Source: Octopus sinensis (taxonomy: Eukaryota). Taken from it: DNA of 64,000 bases. The translations under genes and the position numbers were made by a program. Shown here in pieces: positions 14,927 to 26,577 of the stretch. The notes under the pieces were generated by a model. The model searched no databases. It saw only the letters and a list, made by a program, of their open reading frames with translations, and was not told where the DNA came from. The stretch is from assembly GCF_006345805.1 (NCBI RefSeq), contig NC_043001.1, positions 63,116,001 through 63,180,000 of the forward strand, read 5' to 3'. The number at the start of each line of letters is the position of its first letter. Position 1 is the stretch's first letter.

Positions 14927-16190
14927 AGGGGCGTTCAATAAGTAATGCCCCTGACCCACTTCCCATAGCAGTAGAGCAACGAAACTTGGCACAGTTATTG
15001 GTCTTTTTCTACATAGGAACCACCCAGAGTTACGCATTTCTCCCATTTTGATGCAACTCTGGAGACCGTTTTTGTAGAAGACCCCAGCTTGGTCCTCCAA
15101 CCTGAACGTGACTTCAGAAATCAAGGCTGCATCATCTGGGAAACGCTTTACTTTCAAAAACAACTTCATGACTGGGAAGAGGTGAAAATCAAAGGGTGCA
15201 AGGTCAGGAAAGTAGGGGGATGGGGGAAAGTAGCCATACGCCTGTGCTTCTGATCTGGCGACAAGCGAGTTGTGGACCGGAGCGTTGTCCTGCAGGAGGA
15301 GGATGCCTTTGCTGATCTTGCCCCGCCTTGATTTTAATAACCTCTTAATTTCCTCAAAGTGAAGCTCCTGTAATTGTGGCTCCCTTAGCCAAGAAATCTT
15401 TTATCACTACTGTCACTACATGTCAACTGCAAACTGGTGAAACAGTTCCCGTGATCTGTGCAGGGGGTTGAAATCATTATGCCTTGTCATGAAGCCATAC
15501 ATGAAACGGTTTTAGATGTCCCAGAAGACTGTGGGCATGACCTTGTCAGCGGAGTGCTGCACCCTTGCCTTCTTTGGAGGAGGTGAGTCACGGTGCTTCC
15601 AGTGCATTGACTGGGCTTTGGTCTCTGGATCATCGTGATGGACCCAGGTTTCATCCTCTGTAATCAGTCTATTGAAAAATTTTGACTCATCTTGGCACAT
15701 CTCCAAGTTCACCCTCGAGCACTCGACGCGTTCTTGCTTCTGGAAAGGTGTGAGCAGCCTGGGAATCCATCTGGCAGACACCTTTTGCATATGCAAATGG
15801 TCATGTATGATAGTTTCCACAGACCCGGTACTAATCTTGACCTCATGGGCTATTTTGCGAATAGTTATGCGTCGATCTTCCAAAATTGCAGCCTCAACTT
15901 GACGGACAGATGCCTCAGAAGGGGGCGACCAGATCTGGGAGCTGTTTCTACAAAGTTCTGACCATGTTTGAATTCACGATGCCAGTGTTTTACAAGGTCA
16001 TATGATGGGGCATCATCACCATAAGTTACTTTTATTTCATCAAAAGTCTCCCGTGGTGTGCGTCCTTTCAAATACAAAAACCGCATCACAGGCTCCCTTT
16101 CACACTTGACTCAGTTCAAACACCTGTAAATCGGAAACCACCATTACTTCAGAGCTGTAAATCAAACAATTGCAAATGGGTCGTGCATGG
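14927..16190 (-). mobile_element. Degenerate mariner transposase carrying a 106-bp Helitron insert
   Basis: WIPRLLT, ITEDETWVHH, KVMPTVFWD, QDNAPVH and FPDDAAL motifs across ORFs 14918-16089. Confidence 0.85.
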
Positions 16191-19100
16191 TTGGAGAAAA
16201 CTGATTAGATTTCGGGATCAAGATTCTGAATTATTTATCTGCTTTTTTGGCTTAATTTTTCATTGTGAACAGGTTCATTATTAGTTTGTGAGAGCAGTTA
16301 AGTTTATTTCAGTTAGTCTCAATTTAAAAATCATCTCTGATTTTGATTATCAAAAATGTCTATCAGAAAACGGACATTCGTTATCCTTGGCAGAAGTTTG
16401 CACTTTCTGAATGCTCTTATAGGTAAACAGCATATGACCATCCCTGTACTGAATAGATTTGGAAATGATAGGATCCGTATGTATTTATATGTGCAAAAAC
16501 ATCATACTAATTTGGTAAATATGACTGAACTAATTAATGATATGATTATATTTACCCCACAGATAACACAAATATATACAAAAACTTTTAATGAAATATA
16601 ATTTTACCATGCCGTATTTTAAGATAATAAACAGTAAATATTGAACTTGAATTACAAAACAAATCCATTGCACAAATCCTTTATCTGACAGACATTTTTC
16701 AAACTCAAAAGTATGCATGTATAATTCCAAATATAGCAATTACAGAAATATTAAAATTACTAAATCTTACAACAGCGTTTCTGGAAATAAATAGTTTTCG
16801 CCATACTAATATGTATATTAGTGTACATTTTACAAATTTCACACATATCCTTTCAACTAGCCTGCCCTACATTTATTCTTTCACACACTCGACTCACACA
16901 AACATGCATATATGATTCTTTGAATGTACAAACATGTTTATGTATACATTAACATGATGCATGCTGTAATACACACATACATGCACATATACACGAAATG
17001 TGTTCAAATGTCTCAAACGACGTTTTCTAAGTGACGTTGGCTACCTGCTCGAAGTATGCATGTATATATGTGAGCATATTGGTATGTGTGTATATTGGTA
17101 TGTATGCACGTATCATTATATAAATATGTTGAAACATGTAAAAGTGCACCAGTACGAGTGACATGTAGGAGACACCCAAGCCATAGAATTATCGCTGAAA
17201 GTGACAACTATACCATCGTGCAAGTCTCAAACACGATAATGTTGTAGAGGGATGGCATTAAATAACGTGTCTATTTCAAGATAGCTTAAATGATATGTTT
17301 TCTAAATTCAGGATGAATTTTTAAATTCAGACTAGTTGAAATAAACTCGACTGCTCTCACAAACTAATACTAAACGGGACACCACTTGAAAATAAGGCCA
17401 AAACAACAGATAGATAATTCAGAATCTTTGTCAGGATATGATTTTATCCCGAAATCTAAGTAGTTTTTTCCAGCAAGTTTGTTTGTTTGTCTATCTGAAG
17501 CTATCTTGAGATAAACAAGCTATCTTAAAACAAATAAACGAACAAAAACAGAACTGCCATCCGTATTGTTAGTTTTTGCTATGTTTCTATGGTTGGATGC
17601 CAGGCAAGTTACAGAATGCATTTGGTGTCTCCTACATGTCATTGATACTGGTGCTCTTTTATATGTTCTTGCTTTTAAGGTATTATTGGCACGAGCACCT
17701 TTTATATATTGATAGCATGGGTGTATTTTACATGCTTACAACATCTTTACCTTTGTAAAATCGTGTCCATGTTCATATGCATGTACAATTTTCATATACA
17801 TAACAATTTTGTTAAAATTTTATGCTACACATTTTCTAATTTCTGTCAATATAAATCTTTGTAGCATAGTAGTGTACATTTGGCACATATCTTGTTTCTG
17901 ATAGACATTTTTAAAACTCAAAATCAGAGATGATTTTAAAATTAAGACTAGCTGAAATAAACTCGACTGCCCTGCATTTAGGCATGCACACAAACATGCA
18001 TATGAGAATGTACATGTGTACAAACATATTCATGTATGCATGAACGAGATGCATGCTGTACATACATGCATAAATACGTATTTTTATGCTACACGTTAGT
18101 GTACATTTGGCACATATCCTGTTTCTGATAGACATTTTTAAAACTCAAAATCAGAGATTTTGTATATACATGTATGTACGAATGTGTTTTGCAATTTGTG
18201 TTAATATGATGGTAATGAGATTATATTGACACATATCGCAAGATTTTCATAAAACAAAATGTTTTAGAGTAGGAATGAATTCTTATTAAAATTGTGAATG
18301 CCTATTCTCACTACTAAAACCTCTGGTTTTAATAATTAAAAAGATATCTATTTATAAAAATATAAATAGAAACATACGGCATGGTAAAATTATATTCCAT
18401 TAAAAGTTTCCATGTGTAAAAGCATTTACAATAATGTTTAAATTACATGCTTTTTTTAACGAATTTTGTTGAATGATAATTTTGCGATTTCTGACAAAAA
18501 AAACGTTATTGCTATATTTGTAATTATTCATGCATAATAAGTCTGTTAGAAAAAGGATATTTTAAATTTGTAAAATGTACACTAATATACAAAATTTTGC
18601 GATGTGTGTCAATAGATCAATAGGTTCGGTTATATACACAAAAACGTTATTGCTATATTTGTGATTATGCATGCATAATTTTGAATTTGAAAATTGTCTG
18701 TCAGAAAAAGGATTTGTGTGAAATTTGTAAAATGTACACTAATATACAAAATTTGGGTTTGCAATGTTATGCAACTCAATTCTCATTTTAAAACATATTG
18801 TGTCAAAATTTTGTGATTTGTGTTATCTGTGGGGTAAATATAATCATATCATTAATTATTTCAGTCATATTTACCAATTAGTATGATGCTTTTTACGTAT
18901 GCATACATATTTACATGCTTGCATAGATACGGATACGTTTGTACACATGTACATGGATGGTCATATGTTATTTACTTCTAATAATAAGTGCATTCAGAAA
19001 GTGCAAACTTCTGCCAAGGCATTACGAATGTCCGTTTTCTGATACTATCTGAAATAAACTTGACTGCTCTTACAAACTCGTAATGAACCTGACCACGCTG

Positions 19101-19438
19101 AAAAATTAAGACAAAAAAGTAGAAAATTTAGAATCTTGATACTGAAATCTAAGCAGTTTTCTCCAGCCATGCACGAACCCGTGAATATTTCTATCTTGAG
19201 ATAGACAAGTTACCTTAAGATAGACAAAGAAACACGACTTCTGCTATCCATCTACATCATCATTATTAAGTTGGAGATTTGTACGATGGTATAGTGGTCA
19301 TGTTTCTATGGGTGGACCTTTTCTGAAGCCAAGGAAGTTATAGTGCATTGGGTGTCTCCATGTCATTCGTACTGGGGATCTTTTAAACGTTGCCAGCAAG
19401 TATATGTGTCAACATATACACATATTTACATACATAAT
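16190..19438. repeat. AT-rich 'filler' family, multi-copy mosaic in both orientations
   Basis: ~16360-16860 is inverted relative to ~18600-19045; continues after the LTR element at 25302-25790. Confidence 0.65.
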
Positions 19439-20013
19439 TGTAAGAATTAGCACTTCCTTCTCAAAGCTTGGATTCGAAATCAGACCCAAGAATCATTGGT
19501 CGTAAAATACCAATGCACAAAAAGGCGCGAAATCAGAATCTCTTTGTTCTGACAAAAAATGATGGATCGTCTCCCTTCGACCTCTGACCCGAGCAGGTCA
19601 GGCGAAGTTTAACAGGACGACCAGCGACCTACTGTACTCAATAACACTCTTGCGGTATATCTATTTTTCTGGCTATTTGAGATGTTATAAATAGAACGGA
19701 GAAATAGGTATCTAGAGAGAAGCCGAACCAACGTTTAAGAGAACGTCACGCATTTATGAGGACGATGAAAGAATATTCAGAAAGGTGACTCTGTCATGCA
19801 TGATTTACACACATGCACCATCAAACATATTCTGCTTTAATGTGTATCCTGTATTATGCATTCCTTTAATATGTATTATTTGCAACCACTATTTAATATG
19901 CATTTTGTACAAGCGATGTGTAACATTGCTTACAAATTGATGTAGTGATAATAAATCTTTAATTTATTACAAAGCACTTATGTATTTATTAATACATCCA
20001 CGCATCCACTACA
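19439..20013 (+). repeat. 5' LTR (575 bp)
   Basis: TGTAAGAATTAG...CCACTACA, direct repeat of 24724-25297. Confidence 0.97.
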
Positions 20014-20015
20014 TT

Positions 20016-20026
20016 TGGTGACCCCG
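20016..20026 (+). promoter_or_regulatory. Primer-binding site, tRNA-Trp type
   Basis: TGGTGACCCCG 2 nt after the LTR; matches the start of the known tRNA-Trp PBS (TGGTGACCCCGACGTGAT). Confidence 0.8.
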
Positions 20027-20131
20027 TAAAACGAATCGCGCCTTCCCTGGAACCAGCTTCATCAACCGCGTCGAAGAATTACAGTTTGCACATCACCAGC
20101 AACGAAGCAACTGAAAATTCCGACAAAAACA

Positions 20132-21006
20132 ATGAATCTCCCGGAACAAAACCCAGCGGCCAACATCGACATGGTATTCCAAGCGGCGATCTCGTTAAAA
20201 ATTCCACCATTCTGGACCCACGACCCGACATTGTGGTTTCACCATATAGAGGCACAGTTTGCCTCTCACAGAATATCGAGCGATGCGGCTCGACTTTCTC
20301 ACGTTATCAGTTCTCTGTCACCAGAAGTAACGAACGTGATACGCGACCTTATCATGGCACCACCCGGTTCTGTTTCATATGAAGTTTTTAAAACCACGTT
20401 AATAAACAGAACCTCAGAATCCAACAAAAAAGACTTCACCAGCTTCTGATATCGGAAGAATTGGGTGACAAAACGCCGTCCCAGCTTCTTCGGAGAATGA
20501 AACAGCTTCTCGGAGATGAGACGCTCCCAGAAAAAATCTTCAAGCAACTTTTTCTCCAGCGTCTGCCCTCCAATACCCAGGTTGTTCTCGCGTCCACCAG
20601 AGAAAACACATCCCTTGAAGAACTTGCGGAGCTAGCTGACAAAATAGCCGAAGTACCGCACAGATATCCAACGGTATCGACGGTGACGCCAGCCGCTCCC
20701 AGTACCAATCCTTTCCGTGCACAAACCAGTTCTTCAGAGATTTCGGATTTGCGTGCATTAATGACGCAGCAAGCTGCGCAAATACAAATTCTCACAGCCC
20801 AAATACAAGCCCTAAAGTTTAGTCCCCAGCGTCGAAGCACCAGCCGATCTCGACGAGATGGCAGACGGTCTCGAAGCCCCAGTGCTACCCGAAACTCACA
20901 TGACACGTGTTGGTACCACCGAACATTCGGAACACGGGCACAAAAATGTACGGTACCGTGCTCGTTTTCCTCACCCAGTTCGGGAAACGGCACAGCCAGG
21001 AATTGA
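20132..21006 (+). pseudogene. gag: Gypsy gag (one frameshift near 20426-20431)
   Basis: [41 protein letters not shown] zinc knuckle. Confidence 0.9.
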
Positions 21007-21044
21007 ACGCGACGGAAATTCCTGGTTCGCACCCACACAGTCGC
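20982..21044 (+). promoter_or_regulatory. -1 programmed ribosomal frameshift signal (slippery site plus H-type pseudoknot)
   Basis: G GGA AAC in gag frame; 7-nt spacer; stem CCAGGAATT/AATTCCTGG; loop GCGAC complementary to GTCGC; pol is in the -1 frame. Confidence 0.85.
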
Positions 21045-24000
21045 CTGTTTTTCGTTTGCGATCGTGTAACAGGCACGCGTTTCCTGGTTGACACAGGTGC
21101 GGAAGTCAGCATCATCCCAGTCTCCAACACTTCTGGAAAAAGAAAAGAGACATCAGTCTGTCTTCAGGCAGTCAACCATTCACCCATTCCAACCTACGGT
21201 GAACAGTCCCTAACATTAAACATAGGACTACGCCGCACATTTCAGTGGGTATTCGTCGTCGCTAAACTGCCGACCCCTATCTTAGGAGCCGATTTCCTGC
21301 ATCATTTCGGTCTCCTGGTAGACATAAAGAACAGACGACTTGTCGACACCACCACCAAGCTTACTGTGCGCGGTATAGCCGCTCGAATGGACACAGTCAG
21401 CCCAACTGTAATGCTTACGACAACGACTCGTCACAGTTCCATCCTGAATGATTATCCAGATGTCGCCCGGCCAGTTTTTCATAACCAGCCGATAAAGCAC
21501 GACGTTACCCACCACATCAAAACCAGCGGTCCACCTGTTGCTGCAAGGCCCAGAAGGTTACCACCTGATCGTCTCCAGGCCGTCAAGCGGGAATTCCAGC
21601 ACATGCTCGACCTCGGAATCATCCGCGTTTCCAGCAGCAACTGGTCCTCGCCGATACACTGCGTCCCAAAAAAATCATCGACCGATTGGCGGGTTTGCGG
21701 CGATTATCGATCACTGAATAAAAGCACTATCAGTGATGCCTATCCGGTGCCTTTTCTTCAGGACTTTTCGAGCTCGCTGCATGGAGCTCGCATCTTTTCA
21801 AAAATCGACCTGGTGCGAGCATACAACCAAATCCCAGTCGAACCTGCAGACATCTCAAAGACAGCAGTGACTACACCTTTCGGAATGTTTGAATTCCTGC
21901 ATATGCCTTTCGGTTTACGAAACGCGGCACAGACATTCCAAAGGTTTATCGACATGGTGACTAGAGGTTTGCCTTTCGTCTATGCCTACATAGACGACAT
22001 ACTCGTGGCCAGTAACTCGGACGAAGAGCATAATCAACACCTTCACCTGCTATTCGAACGTTTACGTAAATTCGGAATTGTTATCAACCCTACTAAATGT
22101 TTGTTCGGAGTTGCTTCCCTTCATTTTCTCGGCCATATAGTCGATAAAAAGGGAATTCGTCCCCTTCCCGAGAAAGTCAAGGCCATCGTGGATTTTCCAC
22201 CACCCACATCTCTCCGCAAATTAAGGGAATATCTCGGTCTAGCGAATTTCTATCGACGGTTCGTGCCCCACCTCGCTGAAATAGCGCAACTGCTCACGGA
22301 TTTGCTACGTCAGCGAACCTGCAAAAACGCAGATATAGCTCTGACCGAAGATCAACTCGTTTCTTTCTCGCTGCCCTGAAAAAAGCGTTATCTAGCGCTA
22401 CCATGTTGGTTTATCCAAAACCAGACGCCCCACGATGTTTACTCGTTGATGCATCCGATTCCGGAATCGGAGGTGTGCTACAACAGCTTGTTGACGGTAT
22501 ATGGCAACCGTTGTCTTTCTTTTCTAAGCGGTTAAAACCCGCGGAAACCAAATACAGCACATTCAGTCGGGAATTATTGGCGGCATACCTGGCCGTTAAG
22601 CATTTCCGTCATATGCTAGAAGGTACCAATTTTGCCATATATACCGACCACAAGCCATTAGTATACGCATTTAACACCAAACCGGATCGCCATTCGCCGA
22701 GAGAAATTCGTCACCTCGACTTCATATCGCAGTACACGACGGATATATGCCACATCAAAGGGGCGACCAACGTGGCAGCCGATGCACTTTCACGTGCGCA
22801 GATCAATGCTATCCACACCACGTCTACAATTGATCTGGCACGTATAGCAGCTGACCAGGAGAATGACGAAGAACTTCTAAAGCTCCGGAATTCGTCATCT
22901 CTGAAATTTCAGCATGTTCCACTACCATCATCCACAGCCCATATTTGGTGTGATATTTCCACTGGTTACCAACGCCCTTATGTACCACAGAAATATCGTC
23001 GAGAAGTTTTCTCCGCTCTACATTCTCTGTGTCACATCCTGGTATTCGCTCCACTCAAAAGCTAATATCGACCCGTTTTGTGTGGACCAGTATCAACAAG
23101 GATATCAGAGAATGGACCAAGTGCTGTGTTGCGTGCCAAAAAGCGAAAATCCACCGGCACATAAAATCACCAATCGGTTCATTTTCGCAGCCCGATGCAC
23201 GATTTCAGCACGTTCACATTGATATCGTTGGACCCCTGCCACCTTCGCAGAACTATTCATATTTGCTAACTTGCGTAGATAGGTTCTCGCGATGGCCCGA
23301 AGCCTGGCCCCTATCTGATATATCAGCAGAAATGGTCGCTAAAACGCTGATATCACAATGGGTTTCGCGTTTTGGCACACCCGCAACAATTACCACCGAG
23401 AGAGGACGTCAGTTCGATTCCCACCTTTTCACCGAGCTGACTCGTCTCCTCGGGTGTAAACACACCCGCACTACAGCTTACCACCCTGCAGCAAATGGCA
23501 TGGTGGAACGCTTTCACCGCCAACTCAAGGCATCTATAAAAGCTGCTCCAGACAGTTCTCACTGGTTGGAACATCTCCCTCTCATCCTCCTTGGAATTCG
23601 ATCCACGATTAAGGAAGAACTGGGATATACTCCGGCCGAACTCGTTTATGGCACAACACTCACCTTACCTGGGCAGATGATCGAACCTGTTTCACAAAAC
23701 TTCCCTGACCCACAACAATATGTGCACCGATTACGAACATCCATGTCGCAAGTATCACCCTCAGGCCCCAGACAACAGAACGTCGTTTCACGTGTCCCAA
23801 AAGATATCAACACATGGACTCATGTCTTCGTGAGGAATGATGGGATACCCTCTCAACTTCGACCACCATATTCCGGGCCCTACAAGGTCATCAAAAGAGA
23901 ACCCAAGTATTTCGTCCTCGATATTGGAGGTAAACGAAATACGGTCTCGATTGATCGTTTAAAAAAAGCTTTCATCGAGGAGGACTTACATTCAGTCCCC

Positions 24001-24153
24001 TCTTTTCCTCAAACAGACTCGGCAACTCCAGCGAACACCACAGATGCTGCACAACCCCGACACACCAAATCAGGAAGAACAGTTCGATGGCCAGCAAGGT
24101 TTGTGCAAGTTTTTCGGGTAAGTTCTGAACTCCTAACGTATCCATCTTCCTAA
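20982..24153 (+). pseudogene. pol: Gypsy pol (protease, RT, RNase H, integrase) with two frameshifts
   Basis: [26 protein letters not shown] integrase zinc finger, [20 protein letters not shown] motif; breaks near 22368 and 23030. Confidence 0.93.
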
Positions 24154-24710
24154 TGAACACATAACTGCATCACCCACCCAAAGAAATCAAAGAACATTTG
24201 TGTACGTAAAGAAAAAAAAAATGAAAACAAAAACTGTCTGTATGAACTTTTACGGAACATTTCAAAATCGAACTTTGCCGATGAACATTTCTTTCATTTT
24301 TGCATGTACATATTTTTTGTTTTCTCTTCAAAATGTTTGCTTTCTCATAAATATATTTTTTTGCTAACTGTATATCCACACACATTTACAAATCTTGTTC
24401 TCATGCGTGCTATCACTCGATTTTTTTTTTTCGCCACTGAAAGATACCTTGTCTCTATTAGACCTCTAGTAGGTCGAGTAATCAATAGACGCACATCTCT
24501 TTCAACGCGCCAACATAATTCTGCCTGGGCACATATACATATTGCCCACCATATAGCACATACAAATTGTAAACCTTTCATCCATATTTTTATCGTTCAA
24601 TGTGTAAAAAAATTTTTTTCTACATGCACACAATCAAAAAAAAAAAAAATAATAAAAATAATAATAATAATACATTTCCAATATCGTTCGATCTCTGTGG
24701 CTTTCTCACT

Positions 24711-24723
24711 AGAAGGGGGGTAG
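24711..24723 (+). promoter_or_regulatory. Polypurine tract
   Basis: AGAAGGGGGGTAG directly before the 3' LTR. Confidence 0.9.
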
Positions 24724-25297
24724 TGTAAGAATTAGCACTTCCTTCTCAAAGCTTGGATTCGAAATCAGACCCAAGAATCATTGGTCGTAAAATACCAATG
24801 CACAAAAAGGCGCGAAATCAGAATCTCTTTGTTCTGACAAAAAATGATGGATCGTCTCCTTCGACCTCTGACCCGAGCAGGTCAGGCGAAGTTTAACAGG
24901 ACGACCAGCGACCTACTGTACTCAATAACACTCTTGCGGTATATCTATTTTTCTGGCTATTTGAGATGTTATAAATAGAACGGAGAAATAGGTATCTAGA
25001 GAGAAGCCGAACCAACGTTTAAGAGAACGTCACGCATTTATGAGGACGACGAAAGAATATTCAGAAAGGTGACTCTGTCATGCATGATTTACACACACGC
25101 ACCATCAAACATATTCTGCTTTAATGTGTATCCTGTATTATGCATTTCTTTAATATGTATTATTTGCAACCACTATTTAATATGCATTTTGTACAAGCGA
25201 TGTGTAACATTGCTTACAAATTGATGTAGTGATAATAAATCTTTAATTTATTACAAAGCACTTATGTATTTATTAATACATCCACGCATCCACTACA
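24724..25297 (+). repeat. 3' LTR (574 bp)
   Basis: Near-identical to 19439-20013. Confidence 0.97.
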
Positions 25298-26037
25298 TAA
25301 TGATACCTGCATTCTCATATACACACATACAAATATGCTCACATCTATACATCAAACATGTCATTTTGAGACAATGGAACACATTCGGACATACTTGCAT
25401 GTGAGTACATATGTACGTATGTACGCATGTATGTATGTGTGTATTAATAGCATGCATGTCGTTCATGCATACATGTTTGTGTACAGGAATTAATGTGCAT
25501 GAATAGCAGACAAGTTTATTTCAACTAGTATTAATTTAATTTTTGAATGATACATATTTACGTAACACTTGTAAAATATATAATGCATGCATGTATAAAA
25601 GCATGTTTGTTTTACCAGTGGTTGAAATTTTACACATTCGCGAAGAAATTTTTTTGAAAAATGTTTCATACTAAAAACTCTTCAGAATATATTTACCAAA
25701 CAGTTTACTCAAATGGCAAAAGTTTTTCAAATGAAAACAGTTATAAAATGATAATATGTAGCAATATCGTTCCCTCAAGGAAACTATCCAGAAGAGCTGC
25801 CGAGATTCCGAAATTATTTGGAAACCATGGTTGAAGCCAATAGCGATTTTATTGAATAAATTTACTCTTTAATTATTATTTTCATTTTTGTATAATTTAT
25901 ATTATCCATCATTTTAAATTTAGGTTAACGGGTCTGGCCGGATCTACCTCAATGCCATAGCAACTGGCTAACCCTCCCAGTCTCCTGCCCCACCTGTCGC
26001 CTCCTCATTTTCCTCGGATTACTTTGCTTTCACTGTC

Positions 26038-26574
26038 CATCCAGACAAACATTTATACATGTATTAAGCATTTCATTTATACAACTGAAAAAGCGTGTAT
26101 ATAGACATAAAAGCATTCAAACAAACATACACACTATGCAAAGATGCATGCATATATGTATGCATTAGTATATATGTAAATAATAATACATGCATACATA
26201 TCTAGTTACAAACATGGATGCATACATGTATATATGCATAAATGAATACATATATGAATAAATATATACATACGTACAAGCATAAATATGTATCTATATA
26301 TATAAATATATGTATATACATATATATATATTTTTATATATAGACACATATATATATATGCTTGTACAAGCAAAGTTGAGGTATATATATATATTTATAT
26401 AGATACTGATGTTTACATAACGTGTATTGCAAATAATCAAATTTACTTGTATACATACATGAATACATAGATGCATACATACATACATACATACATCTAT
26501 GTAACTGAGTTAGCATTGTCAACTGATTAGGGAGCCACTTTAGGGAGCTGCATACACGCACAGAACAATAAACA
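26038..26574. repeat. 'Filler' family copy, inverted relative to 10964-11531
   Basis: Reverse-complement alignment over ~540 bp with small indels. Confidence 0.85.
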
Positions 26575-26577
26575 CTG

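Larger units (their letters stand above)
19439..25297 (+). mobile_element. Full-length Ty3/Gypsy LTR retrotransposon, recent insertion
   Basis: TG..CA LTRs 19439-20013 and 24724-25297 (3 substitutions + 1 indel by eye); 4-bp TSD TAAT; PBS, gag, PR-RT-RH-IN order, PPT. Confidence 0.97.

Noticed and set aside
24304-24723. 139-aa ORF between integrase and PPT as a possible env or accessory gene
   Set aside because: Low-complexity, runs through A/T homopolymers, no recognisable motif; consistent with a non-coding 3' UTR.
25785-25830. CAGAAGAG..CGAAA possible decayed hammerhead
   Set aside because: Core U4 missing and no convincing stems I-III.
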